Positions 50,240 through 59,921 of a stretch of 64,000 bases of DNA are shown here, one piece after another (position 1 is the first letter of the stretch; each line of letters starts with the position of its first letter). The stretch comes from an uncultured Verrucomicrobiota bacterium (GTDB taxonomy: Bacteria > Verrucomicrobiota > Kiritimatiellia > CAIVKH01). Location of the stretch: positions 1-64,000 of the forward strand of contig CALMUP010000005.1 of NCBI GenBank assembly GCA_937872895.1, given 5' to 3'. The notes beneath the pieces were generated by a model, which was not told the DNA's origin, did no database searches, and saw only the letters and a program-made list of their open reading frames with translations. Made by a program: the position numbers and the translations under genes.

Positions 50240-50510
50240 TTCGTTCGACGGCTTGGGCGGATGGTGTAACGCGGAGTTCCTCCTCCGCGTGAACGGCGGT
50301 CGCGAGTTGCCCCGACGTGGACTTGGCGGCGGGGCGCGGTGGCGGATCGCGGTCGAGATCGGCACGCATGATCTCGTCGGTCACCTCGCGGCTGGCTTTG
50401 CGGAAGGCCTCCATGGATTTGCCGAGGTTCCGGGCGATGGTAGGAAGGTTCTTCGAGCCGAACAGCAACAGGGCCGCGATCAGGATCAACACGATCTCCC
50501 CGCCGCTCAT
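50220..50510 (-). CDS. tatA: Sec-independent translocase TatA/E
   Basis: MSGGEIVLILIAALLLFGSKNLPTIARNLGKSMEAFRKA; TM then amphipathic helix; overlaps the tatC start by ~20 nt. Confidence 0.8.
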   Translation of the reverse strand: MSGGEIVLILIAALLLFGSKNLPTIARNLGKSMEAFRKASREVTDEIMRADLDRDPPPRPAAKSTSGQLATAVHAEEELRVTPSAQAVERNESDRA

Positions 50511-50660
50511 CGAGCTGCCAAAAAAACCAAGCCAACAAGATCCTTCAATCATCACGGCATGCACACTCCTCTGGCCGGGAACCTACCATAGTTCGTTCCG
50601 AAAAACAAAGAGGCGTTCTCCGGGGAGAACGCCTCTGCCTCGAATCGGATGACCGATCGA

Positions 50661-51185
50661 TTAGTACAAGCTGAACGTGGCGCGACGGTTCTGGCCCCAC
50701 GAGGATTCGTCGTGGCCGAACGCGGCCGGCTGCTCTTCGCCATAGCTGACGGTCTTGATGCGTTCCGCCTGGATGCCGAGGCCGATGATGTATGCACGAA
50801 CCGCCTGGGCACGGCGTTCGCCCAGGGCCAGGTTGTACTCGTTGCTGCCGCGCTCATCGCAATGGCCTTCGACGACCAGGCCGGTGCTGGGGTTACCGCG
50901 GAGGAACTCGGCGACGGCGTCGAGCTTGGAACGCTCCGACGCGGCAACTTGCGAGCTGTCGTAATCGAAATATACCGGCGCGAACTGGCTGGCCACCGCC
51001 TGGAGGTCATCGGGGTTCATGGCCGAGCCGTAACCGGCCGTGCCATCCATCGGACCGAGGGCTCCACCGAATTCATCATAACCACCGGCGCCAGCACCGG
51101 CCTTGGGTTTGCGCTTGCAGCCAACCATACCCGAGGAGGCGACCACCGCCACCAACGCCACCAGCCAAATCACTTTACGCATCAT
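50661..51185 (-). CDS. pal: Peptidoglycan-associated lipoprotein (OmpA-like, Pal)
   Basis: Lipobox MVGC; OmpA-like domain (..FDYDSS.......L......L........EGHCDERGSNEYNLALGERRA..V). Confidence 0.8.
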   Translation of the reverse strand: MMRKVIWLVALVAVVASSGMVGCKRKPKAGAGAGGYDEFGGALGPMDGTAGYGSAMNPDDLQAVASQFAPVYFDYDSSQVAASERSKLDAVAEFLRGNPSTGLVVEGHCDERGSNEYNLALGERRAQAVRAYIIGLGIQAERIKTVSYGEEQPAAFGHDESSWGQNRRATFSLY

Positions 51186-51223
51186 AGTTTTCGAGCTCCA
51201 CTCTTACGGACGATTAAATGATC

Positions 51224-52435
51224 CTACGGCGACCACTTCGGCGAATACCAGTCGCCTTCATAGTCGGTCAGAAGTATGGGGGCGTCCCCCATCGTGTCAA
51301 TGAGATAAACCTTCGATTTGTACTGTTTGGTGATGGCACAGGCGATGTGCCGTCCGTTGGGGGCCCAGGAGGGATCCTCGTGGTCGGCATGATCGGACGT
51401 GATCTGCCGGATTTCCATGGTTTGCGGGTTGACCACGCAAATCTGGAATTTTCCGCCGATCAGGCTGGAGAAGACGATATCGCCGTGCGGTCCCCAGTCG
51501 GGCGAGACGTTCTGGCGACCGCGGGTGGTGATCTGGCGGGGTTGCCCGCCGGAGCGCGATACGACGAACAAATTGGGGGTTCCGGTCTGGTCGGAGACAT
51601 AGACCAGCTGTCGTCCGTCGGGCGACCAGCCGGGGCTGGCCTCGACGGCGCGCGGGGTGCTGGTGATGCGGGTCAGGGAGCCATCGGCGAGGCGCATGAG
51701 GTAGAGGTCGGGGTTGCCGTCCTTGGAGAGGATCACCGCCATATCCCGGCCGTCCGGTGAAACCGCGCCGCCCGTGTTCAGGCCGGCGAAATTGGAGACG
51801 CGGGTGCGTTTGCGGCTGGCCAGGTCGATCCGGTACACGGCGGGGAATTTGCGCAGGAAGGACGTGTAGTAGATCTGCTGGCCATCCTTGCTCCATCGCG
51901 GGGCCATGCTGACGGTCTTGTCGGCGGTGAGCGGGTACAGTCCGCGGCCATCGGAATCGGCCATGTACAATTCCTTGCTGCCGGTGCGGTTGCCGACCAT
52001 GAGCAGCTTGGATGAGGCAAATCCCTTGCGGCCGGTGATGGCATAGACGATGTCGTCGGCGGCCCGGTGGGCGGCGGCGCGGATACCGGCACCTTGGCCG
52101 GGATACGTCTGGTTCAGCAGGACTTGGCGGGAGCTGCGCTGCACCAGTTGCAGGGCGGCTCGCACGGAGGTGCCATCCGAGGTGATGCTGCCAACCACCG
52201 CGTAGTCGGAGGCTTGCGGTGTCCCGCGTTCAATCCAGCCGGAACGGAGCAAGCTGGTTTGCAACACGCTGAAGAACTCGCGCGAGGGACCGTCGGCTCC
52301 GGCCTGCAGGGTGCTGAGATCAATCCCGGTCTTGCCGGTTCCCTTGGCGATGCGGATATCGGCATTCTGGGCCTGGGCCGCAAAGGCGGCGGCGATGGTC
52401 ATCCAGGTTGCGATGGTGATGCGGACGTTCATCAT
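51224..52435 (-). CDS. tolB: TolB (periplasmic WD40-like beta-propeller)
   Basis: Signal peptide, TolB N-terminal domain, repeated 'SP.WSPDG' blades; position between tolA and pal. Confidence 0.85.
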   Translation of the reverse strand: MMNVRITIATWMTIAAAFAAQAQNADIRIAKGTGKTGIDLSTLQAGADGPSREFFSVLQTSLLRSGWIERGTPQASDYAVVGSITSDGTSVRAALQLVQRSSRQVLLNQTYPGQGAGIRAAAHRAADDIVYAITGRKGFASSKLLMVGNRTGSKELYMADSDGRGLYPLTADKTVSMAPRWSKDGQQIYYTSFLRKFPAVYRIDLASRKRTRVSNFAGLNTGGAVSPDGRDMAVILSKDGNPDLYLMRLADGSLTRITSTPRAVEASPGWSPDGRQLVYVSDQTGTPNLFVVSRSGGQPRQITTRGRQNVSPDWGPHGDIVFSSLIGGKFQICVVNPQTMEIRQITSDHADHEDPSWAPNGRHIACAITKQYKSKVYLIDTMGDAPILLTDYEGDWYSPKWSP

Positions 52436-52466
52436 GTGGTCACTCCATACAGGTTATTCCGGTTTG

Positions 52467-53216
52467 TCACATGGACAGGCCGGATGACTCAAAAGCGATT
52501 CGAACATCGATATAGGGTTCGCGAACACTGTCCGGAAGCGGAGGAAGCGTCGATACGGCGCGTAACGCCTGCATCACCGACTCATCCATCCCCGGATTGC
52601 CCGAACCCGACACCAGATTCCTCTGCATGATCGCGCCGTTCTTGGCAATACGAATCGATACGGTGGTGGTTAATCCGGAAATTCCCGGTGGCCGGTTCCA
52701 CGCCGCGTAGAGGATCGGGTAGATCCGACCGTAGTACGCGCCGAGCGCACTGGGTGAACCGGTGGCGGCGGCGGAACTTGCCGACGACGACGTCGGCAGC
52801 GCGGAACTCAACAAATCGCGCACCTGGTTTTCGTTGATACGCGGCTTGGCCGGTTCGACGGGTTTGGGCTGGTCCTTGCGCACGATGCGGTTGGTATTGA
52901 CCTTGATCTCCTGCGGTTTCTTGACTTCCTGCTTGACCGGCTTGGGCTCGGGTTCCTTGATCGGTTCCGGGTCGGGCTTGGGGGGTTCCGGGGGCTTTGG
53001 CTTCGGTGGCTCGGGTTTCGGTGGTTCCGGTGCAGGAGCGGGCGCGGCGGCGGGCGCGGCGGGGCCGGGAGCGACGAATTCAACAAAGATGATCTCTTCC
53101 GGTTTTTTCGGTTTGGAGCACCGGTTGAGCATCGGCCACACGACCAACAACAGGATGACCACGGCATGGGCGGCCAGACTGGCTTTGAATACGCGGTTGT
53201 TGGATTGCTCGGTCAT
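52467..53216 (-). CDS. TolA/TonB-family energy-transducer (Pro-rich spacer + TonB_C-like domain)
   Basis: N-terminal TM, PEPPKP-rich region, TonB-C-like C-terminal domain; context favours TolA. Confidence 0.65.
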   Translation of the reverse strand: MTEQSNNRVFKASLAAHAVVILLLVVWPMLNRCSKPKKPEEIIFVEFVAPGPAAPAAAPAPAPEPPKPEPPKPKPPEPPKPDPEPIKEPEPKPVKQEVKKPQEIKVNTNRIVRKDQPKPVEPAKPRINENQVRDLLSSALPTSSSASSAAATGSPSALGAYYGRIYPILYAAWNRPPGISGLTTTVSIRIAKNGAIMQRNLVSGSGNPGMDESVMQALRAVSTLPPLPDSVREPYIDVRIAFESSGLSM

Positions 53217-53632
53217 CGCCGGCCAGGTTCATCCGGCGTGGTCACGAGCGCCATGCGGGTGATGGATGCCTCGTTGAGGATGCGCAGGATCTCGACCACT
53301 TTCCCGTAGTGCAGCTTCTCGTCGGCACGGACCATGATCGGGGTTTCGGGTGCGGCGGCGGCGATGATCTTCATCTCCGCCGACAAGTCCTCGAGCGTGA
53401 CCGGCACCCGGTCGAGAAACACCTGCCCCTGCAGGTCGACGGTGACGGAGCGGGCTTCCTTCTGGTCCACCGCCTGGCTCTTGCCCTTGGGCAGGTTGAT
53501 CGGAATCCCCTGCTCCACCAGCGGCATGGTGATGATGAAGGTGATCAGCAGCAGGAAGGTGAGATCGATCAACGGGGTCATGTTGATCTCGTTCATCGGC
53601 TGCGGCGGCTTGATGGTCGAACGGCGGGGCAT
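53213..53632 (-). CDS. TolR/ExbD
   Basis: 'MNEINMTPLIDLTFLLLITFII' ExbD/TolR signature. Confidence 0.8.
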   Translation of the reverse strand: MPRRSTIKPPQPMNEINMTPLIDLTFLLLITFIITMPLVEQGIPINLPKGKSQAVDQKEARSVTVDLQGQVFLDRVPVTLEDLSAEMKIIAAAAPETPIMVRADEKLHYGKVVEILRILNEASITRMALVTTPDEPGRR

Positions 53633-53645
53633 GGCAGGTTCCCGG

Positions 53646-54377
53646 TCAGTCGCGGATGAACTGGCGCTGCATGTCGGCGACCAGGGCATCGGCGAAGTTG
53701 TCCATCTGTACGGTAAGGTACCTTATCTGCCCGGTCAGCAGGTTGTAGCCAACCGCCGAGGGAAGCGCGACGATCAGTCCGACCACCGTGGTGAGCAGGG
53801 CGCCGGCGATGCCGGGCGCGACGGCGGTGAGTTGGACCGAACCGAAAATAGCCATCGCGGAAAAGGCATTCATGACGCCCCATACCGTGCCGAGCAGACC
53901 GAGCAGCGGACTCGAACTGACCGCCGTGGCCAGGCCGCCCATCTTCTGTTCCAGCACGAGAACCTGGTCGGCAATCTCGCGCTCGGCGGCGTTGCGGACG
54001 GCACCGATCTGGGTCAGATTCAACCGCGGCGAGGCCGCGAGGCCGAGTGAACCGGCATCAAGCCCTTCGCGCGATTCCATTTCAACCCCGACGGCCAGAC
54101 AGGCTTTCTCATAGACCCGGAACACCGGGCTTTCCGGGTACCGTTGGCGCTGGAGAAACAATCCCAGCGGGTGGGCGTCGCGGCGGTACGCCTGGACGAA
54201 TCGCTCGGACATGGCCCGCGCCCGTTTCAGTTCGCGGAATTTATTGACCATCAGCGACCAGACCCATACGGACATTCCGCACAAGATGACGATGATGATC
54301 TTTCCGGACGGATCGCTGGTGCTGAAGGAATAGAGGAAATTGGCGAGCGGAAGCGGGAATACAGATGTCGGCATCAC
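53646..54377 (-). CDS. TolQ/ExbB (MotA/TolQ/ExbB proton channel)
   Basis: 3-TM layout with conserved '..TAVAPGIAGALLTTVVGLIVALPSAVGYN..'. Confidence 0.8.
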   Translation of the reverse strand: MMPTSVFPLPLANFLYSFSTSDPSGKIIIVILCGMSVWVWSLMVNKFRELKRARAMSERFVQAYRRDAHPLGLFLQRQRYPESPVFRVYEKACLAVGVEMESREGLDAGSLGLAASPRLNLTQIGAVRNAAEREIADQVLVLEQKMGGLATAVSSSPLLGLLGTVWGVMNAFSAMAIFGSVQLTAVAPGIAGALLTTVVGLIVALPSAVGYNLLTGQIRYLTVQMDNFADALVADMQRQFIRD

Positions 54378-54550
54378 GGTATCAAATCCTTGGACAATGG
54401 GTGAACAGCATGGCCCCTTATAGCACGAAATCCGACCGGGTCAATGGAAGGCGCACCGGCTGGATCGGACCATAAAAAAACCGTCTTGGCGGGCGAACCC
54501 GCGCAAGACGGTTGATTCATCACGAAAGGACCGCGAACGGTCCCGCCGGA

Positions 54551-54955
54551 TCAGCCGCGGAAACCGTAGCCTCCGCCGGAACGACGCTGGGAATAACCGC
54601 CGTCGCGGTCGCCGCCGCCGCGATCAAAGCGATCACCGCGGTCGCGTCCACCACCGCCGCCACCGCCTCCCCAACCACCACCGCCGCCGCCTTCACGGCG
54701 CGGGGGACGGTCTTCACGGGGCTTCGCCTCGTTCACGCGGATCGGACGTCCATGCAGGTCCTGGTCATTCAAGCCGGAGATGGCCGCACGGGCCTCCTCG
54801 GCGTTGGGCATCTCAATGAAGCCGAAGCCCCGCGATTTACCCGTGAACTTGTCGACGATGACGCTGGCCGAAGAAACCTGGCCATACGCTTCAAAGGCCT
54901 TGCGGAGATCCGAGTCGGTCGCTCCGTAAGGAAGATTCCCAACGAATATATTCAC
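54551..54955 (-). CDS. RRM-domain RNA-binding protein with Gly/Arg-rich C-terminus
   Basis: MNIFVGNLPYGATDSDLRKAFEAYGQV......KSRGFGFIEM RNP1/RNP2 motifs, then GGGGGWGGGGG/RG tail. Confidence 0.8.
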   Translation of the reverse strand: MNIFVGNLPYGATDSDLRKAFEAYGQVSSASVIVDKFTGKSRGFGFIEMPNAEEARAAISGLNDQDLHGRPIRVNEAKPREDRPPRREGGGGGGWGGGGGGGGRDRGDRFDRGGGDRDGGYSQRRSGGGYGFRG

Positions 54956-55327
54956 ACGCTATCCTACTACTTGTCGCTTCTTGTTCTTGTTCCCGCAGCG
55001 CCTGCCTAGCGACGGAGACACTTGCTGCTTGGCGGTAGTGTTAGTCGGTGTTTCCCCGATATACAAGCGGATTTTTGTTCAGAATTCTTTACCATGCCCC
55101 TGTAAACAAAGGCGATTCTACTCGTAAGGCGTCCAACCCGGAGGCCGGCGCGGCATCGCGATTTCCGGGGCAAACCCGCCAGCCCTCACTTCGTCCGGCA
55201 GTACAACCGTCCGCGACAGCCAGCTTTATGGTTGCCGCGACCGGCGGGAGAAGGCTATTCATGCGTCGAACATGAACGTTACCGTCCACGCCTGCTCCAC
55301 CACAATAACCTCCGCGGATACGCCTCG

Positions 55328-56404
55328 ATGAGCCGAAGCATCGGGATCGCCGGCGCCGGGACACTGGGCCGCATGCTGGCACTGGCGTTCCACCGCCGCG
55401 GCTGGGAAGTAACGATGTTTGACCGCGGATCACGCGGCGGCAACGAGGAACCGGTGCCCTCCACCGGGTTGGTGGATCCCTACCTTTCCCTGACCCGCGA
55501 GACCCAGGCCGTGGCGCAACTGGGGGAGTACGCGACGGAACAATGGCCGGCCTGGATCGAGTCCCTCCCGGCTCCGGTCCACTTCATCGAGAACGGCGCA
55601 CTGGTCGTGGCGCATCCACGCGACCAGGCGCTCCTCGATGCAAGGCTGGAAACCCTGGCCGAACTGGCACCGGTGGACGATGTCGTGACCGAATGCGCCG
55701 CTGCGGATATCAAACAACTGGAGCCTGCGCTGGCCGGGCGGTTTGCGCGCGGATTGTTCTTCCCGCTGGAGCAGCACCTCGATCCGTGTTCGTTGCTGCG
55801 CGCACTCGCCACAGCCATGGATGCCGCCGGTATTCCCTGGCACGAGAACTGCCCGGTGGAACAGGTGGAGCCACGGGGCATCACCAGTGCCCGAGGACGA
55901 TCAATCTTTTCCTGGGTCATCGACGCGCGCGGCCGGACGACCGATGCCGAGGCATCCGACCTGCGCCTGCGCCGGCACGAGCGGGTGCGGGTGCATGCAC
56001 CCGGCATCGCCCTCTCCCGCCCGGTGCGTATCATGCACCCGAGCCAGGAAATAACCCTTGTCCCCCAGGCGGATCACCGTTATGTCATCGGATCCATCGT
56101 GTCGGATGGCGACCCGCAGGCGCCGATCACCGCGCGCGCCCTGCTCGAACTGCTTTCCGCCGCCCATACCGTGCACCCGGCCTTCGGCGAGGCAACGGTG
56201 CTCGCCGTCCGCTCCGTTCCGGTACCAAGCCTGCCCGGCGGGATGCCCCGACTCGTGCCACACCAGGGTTTGTTGACGGTGCAGGGTGCGGCCGCCCACC
56301 CGTGGTGCGTGCTGCCGGCACTTGTCGATAGTGCCCTGTCGTTCATCGACACCGGCGAAGTGCACCCGATGGCCGACGGGGTGATGGAGGCATGGACCTT
56401 GTAG
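55328..56404 (+). CDS. FAD-dependent oxidoreductase (glycine oxidase ThiO-like)
   Basis: 'IGIAGAGTLGRMLALAF' dinucleotide-binding motif; DAO-family length; followed by thiG. Confidence 0.7.
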   Translation: MSRSIGIAGAGTLGRMLALAFHRRGWEVTMFDRGSRGGNEEPVPSTGLVDPYLSLTRETQAVAQLGEYATEQWPAWIESLPAPVHFIENGALVVAHPRDQALLDARLETLAELAPVDDVVTECAAADIKQLEPALAGRFARGLFFPLEQHLDPCSLLRALATAMDAAGIPWHENCPVEQVEPRGITSARGRSIFSWVIDARGRTTDAEASDLRLRRHERVRVHAPGIALSRPVRIMHPSQEITLVPQADHRYVIGSIVSDGDPQAPITARALLELLSAAHTVHPAFGEATVLAVRSVPVPSLPGGMPRLVPHQGLLTVQGAAAHPWCVLPALVDSALSFIDTGEVHPMADGVMEAWTL

Positions 56405-56428
56405 CGCGGTATCGCGGAGGAGTTTCGC

Positions 56429-57211
56429 ATGTGGACGTTTGGTGAAAAAACATACAGCAGCCGATTGATCATCAACCTGAGCGGTTTCTCCTCGCCCGAG
56501 GTGGCCGGTGACGTGCTGGCCACCGCCGGCGCGGAAATCGTCGACGTGGCGGTGCGCCACGGTGCGGTGCGCGCCGACGAACTGGCCACGCAACAGCAAT
56601 GGATCGAGGAAACCGGCCTGACCCTGCTTGCGGCGACCGCGGGTTGCACCAATGCCAGGGACGCGGTGGCCACCGCCTACCAGGCCCGCGACCAGCTCGG
56701 TTCGCCGCAGGTGATCCTCGAGGTTGCCGGTCATGCCGCGGAAGCATGGCCCGACACCGCCGCGACCCTCGACGCCGCCGGGAAGTTGATCAAACAGGGA
56801 TTCGACCTGATCGCGGTCACCAACGGCGATCCGGTCACGGCACACCGGTTGCTCGAACTCGGATGTTCCGGCCTGCTCTTGCGTGGCGGCGCGCGGGGAC
56901 GGTGGCGCGGCATGGCCGACATCATGGCGCTACGGCCGTTGCGTGCGCTGCTGCCCAACGCGGTATTGATCCTTGATGCCGACCTGGCCCGGCCATCCGA
57001 AGTCGCCCTCGCCCTGGAAGTGGGTTTTGATGCCGTGCGAACCGGGCGCGGACTGTCCGGAGCACGCGATCCGATCGCCATGGGCGAGGCGTTTGCCGAT
57101 GCGGCCCAGGCCGGACGCATCGGATTCGATGCCGGGTTGGCCACGCCTCCCGATGCCGGTGGAAACGACCCCGTGCTGGGCACGCCGTTCTGGCACACGC
57201 TGCCGGACTAG
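56429..57211 (+). CDS. thiG: Thiazole synthase ThiG
   Basis: '..KTYSSRLIINLSGFSS.....GAEIVDVAVR' and the rest follow ThiG TIM-barrel sequence order. Confidence 0.7.
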   Translation: MWTFGEKTYSSRLIINLSGFSSPEVAGDVLATAGAEIVDVAVRHGAVRADELATQQQWIEETGLTLLAATAGCTNARDAVATAYQARDQLGSPQVILEVAGHAAEAWPDTAATLDAAGKLIKQGFDLIAVTNGDPVTAHRLLELGCSGLLLRGGARGRWRGMADIMALRPLRALLPNAVLILDADLARPSEVALALEVGFDAVRTGRGLSGARDPIAMGEAFADAAQAGRIGFDAGLATPPDAGGNDPVLGTPFWHTLPD

Positions 57212-57738
57212 CCCGCCCGGAAACGCAGCACCAGCGACTGCTGTTCGCTGGTCATGTTCACTTCCATGTGCTGCTTCACGTACGTGATGCTCTCGGCCGG
57301 GCTCATGCCTTCCACCGCCTGCACCACGCAGCACGCGCCGATGGAAGTCCGCCCGACCCCGGCGTGGCAGTGGATCGCCACATCGTGATCCTCGAGCAGC
57401 ATCACCGCCGTCTTTACCATCTCCTGCAACATCGGCAGGTTTGGAGCCTGCATGTCGAGGAACGGATACTGCGTGAACGAAATGCCGGCCTTCTTGTAGA
57501 GCGCCTTCAGGTCGCGTCCGGTCTTCGTCTTGATCTCGGCGTCGTTGACCAGGATGAACACGTGCTGGATGCCGTGCTGGCGGTAGCGCGCCAGCAGGTG
57601 GTTGCCCTTGTCGTAGGCGCCGTAGGGCATCGGACTGACCCACAGGCGCCCCGGTGTGCGCACCGGGATCGAGCGGATCGTCCCTCGTTCATGCCGCGTG
57701 GAAATGCGGGTGATCAAGTCGAGGACTTTCTTTTTCAT
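57208..57738 (-). CDS. Cys-based dual-specificity/protein-tyrosine-phosphatase-like protein
   Basis: 'IHCHAGVGRTS' HCx5R P-loop; ~175 aa; overlaps the upstream exonuclease gene stop by 4 nt. Confidence 0.7.
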   Translation of the reverse strand: MKKKVLDLITRISTRHERGTIRSIPVRTPGRLWVSPMPYGAYDKGNHLLARYRQHGIQHVFILVNDAEIKTKTGRDLKALYKKAGISFTQYPFLDMQAPNLPMLQEMVKTAVMLLEDHDVAIHCHAGVGRTSIGACCVVQAVEGMSPAESITYVKQHMEVNMTSEQQSLVLRFRAG

Positions 57739-58340
57739 CGGGATGGTTTCCGGGGTTTGCGGAATGCGGCCAGATCCTCGACATGAACCGAGGCCCATGC
57801 CGGTTGCCGCACCAGGTGGCAAAGCAGCAGTGCGCTGGCCGCCGCATCATACAAGGCGTCATGGGTGGTGCGACCGGGAAGATGTTTGGTCAGCGTGCCC
57901 GTCAGGTCCAACACCGCGATCACGTAGCCGAGATCATGGCGCGGCAGGTCCGGATAGGCATGACGGACCAGCGCCAGCGTGTCGATCCATGGACCAGGCC
58001 GCTGCAACGGCCAGGCCTGGCGCAACACCTTGCGCTCCGCCGCGGCATTGTGCGCGACCAGTGTAGTGCCGAGCAACCAGGTGCGCAACGAAGGCAGCAG
58101 GTCGGGCAGCGTGCCGGCTGCGGCCAGCTCGGCGCGGTGCACCCGCCAGGATCCCGGAGCATGGGGACTGAACGGCCGCTCAGCGGGAATGTGCAGCCAG
58201 TGCTCGGCCGCGCCGGCGAAATCAGGCACACCGCCACGCACCGGGACCAGCCCGATCTGCCACGGCTGATCCGGATAGCCGGGCACCGATCCCGTCGTCT
58301 CGAAGTCCACCGCCACCAGCGTTGTTTCATGCAGCAACAT
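57735..58340 (-). CDS. DEDDh 3'-5' exonuclease (DnaQ/epsilon-like)
   Basis: Exo I 'VAVDFETTG', Exo II 'LVAHNAAAERKVL', Exo III 'HDALYDA'. Confidence 0.75.
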   Translation of the reverse strand: MLLHETTLVAVDFETTGSVPGYPDQPWQIGLVPVRGGVPDFAGAAEHWLHIPAERPFSPHAPGSWRVHRAELAAAGTLPDLLPSLRTWLLGTTLVAHNAAAERKVLRQAWPLQRPGPWIDTLALVRHAYPDLPRHDLGYVIAVLDLTGTLTKHLPGRTTHDALYDAAASALLLCHLVRQPAWASVHVEDLAAFRKPRKPSR

Positions 58341-58492
58341 GGGCCGATAACCTATCGGCTGGATACCGCCCGGTCAACGGCAACAGCCCCGCTTCATTCG
58401 GTCATGGAAACCCCTAACCTGCAATCGGGTGACTTCAAGATTGCCCCGGCGATGCACTTCCAGATAATCGGGTCCCATAACCGGAGCTTTCC

Positions 58493-59908
58493 ATGAAACC
58501 ATCGATCACATCGGGACTCGGACCAACCAAGACCATTGGACTGGTCCTCGCCATCTTCGCTTTCTTCGTCCCCTTCTTCATCACCTTTGAGAACCTGTCC
58601 GAGCCGGGCCACCGCGTCCTCGGCATCTTCATGATGGCCGTGGTATTGTGGATTACCGAGGCCATCCCGCTCCACGCCACCGCCTCGCTGATCATCTTCC
58701 TCTGCATCCTGCTGGTCAGCGACAAGGCCATGCTGCCGCTGCCGGAAGGGTACAAGGCCCCGACCTACAGCAGCTTCTTCTACTCGCTCGCCAACCCGGT
58801 GCTGATGTTGTTCCTCGGCGGCTTTTTCCTCGCCGACGGCGCAGCCAAGTACAAATTGGACAAGAATCTGGCCAAGACCCTGCTGAAACCCTTCGGCCAG
58901 AAACCAGCGAACATCATGCTGGGCCTGATGCTGATCGTGGCGGTGTTCTCGATGTTCATGAGCAATACCGCGACGACAGCCGCCTTCATGGCTGTCGTGT
59001 TGCCGGTGATCGCCCGCCTGCCCGCAGGAGACCGGGGCCGGATCGCCTTGGCGCTTTGCATCCCCATTGCCGCCAATGTCGGCGGCATGGGCACGCCGGT
59101 CGGCACACCGCCGAATGCCATCGCCCTGGGTGCGCTGAACAAGGCCGGCATCCAGATCAGTTTCATCGAGTGGATGGTCATGATCGTGCCCTTCATGCTG
59201 ATCGTGCTCGTCGTCGCCTGGCAGCTGCTGGTCCGCTTGTTGCCCACCAAGGCCGAGACCTACACCGTCGAGATCGACGCGACCTATGACCGAAGCCCGC
59301 AGGCATGGATCTTCTACGTGACCGCAGCCGTAACCATCCTGCTGTGGTTCACCGAACCGTTGCACGGGATCCAGTCCGCCATCGTCGGCTTCCTGCCCGT
59401 CGTGGTCATGCTGGCCACCAAGCTGATCAGCGACAAGGAGTTCCATTCCATGCAGTGGAGTGTGCTCTGGCTGGTCGCCGGTGGCATCGCGCTGGGGGAT
59501 GGCGTCGGCAAGACCGGGCTGGACACCTGGATGATCGGCCTGATTGATTGGCAGGACATGGCTCCCGGCATGATTGCCGGCGCCTTATGCCTGGTCGCGT
59601 TGTTGTTCAGCACGATCATCTCCAACAGCGCCACCGCGAACCTGCTGGTGCCGATCGGCATCAGCCTCGCCACCTCCCCGGAAATCGCCATCAGCCCGGT
59701 CGCCTCCGCGATCTTCATCGCCATCGGCTCTTCCTTGGCCATGGCCCTGCCAATCAGCACCCCCCCGAACGCCATCGCGTACAGCACCGGCCAGGTCCAG
59801 ACCAAGCAGATGGCCCTGGTTGGCGGTATCATTGGTGTAGTCGGCCTGCTGATCTTCGTCTTCATCGCCCCGGTGGCTTGGAACATGTTGGGTCTGCTGG
59901 CGGACTGA
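58493..59908 (+). CDS. DASS-family (SLC13-like) anion:Na+ symporter
   Basis: Two 'GTPPNAIA' / 'STPPNAIA' hairpin motifs, ~12+ TM. Confidence 0.85.
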   Translation: MKPSITSGLGPTKTIGLVLAIFAFFVPFFITFENLSEPGHRVLGIFMMAVVLWITEAIPLHATASLIIFLCILLVSDKAMLPLPEGYKAPTYSSFFYSLANPVLMLFLGGFFLADGAAKYKLDKNLAKTLLKPFGQKPANIMLGLMLIVAVFSMFMSNTATTAAFMAVVLPVIARLPAGDRGRIALALCIPIAANVGGMGTPVGTPPNAIALGALNKAGIQISFIEWMVMIVPFMLIVLVVAWQLLVRLLPTKAETYTVEIDATYDRSPQAWIFYVTAAVTILLWFTEPLHGIQSAIVGFLPVVVMLATKLISDKEFHSMQWSVLWLVAGGIALGDGVGKTGLDTWMIGLIDWQDMAPGMIAGALCLVALLFSTIISNSATANLLVPIGISLATSPEIAISPVASAIFIAIGSSLAMALPISTPPNAIAYSTGQVQTKQMALVGGIIGVVGLLIFVFIAPVAWNMLGLLAD

Positions 59909-59921
59909 GCTATCCTGATCC

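Noticed and set aside
54956-55327. TPP riboswitch upstream of thiO-thiG
   Set aside because: Searched by eye for the CUGAGA / ACCUGAUCUGGAUAAUGCCAGCG core on the plus strand and found nothing resembling it. Region left unannotated.
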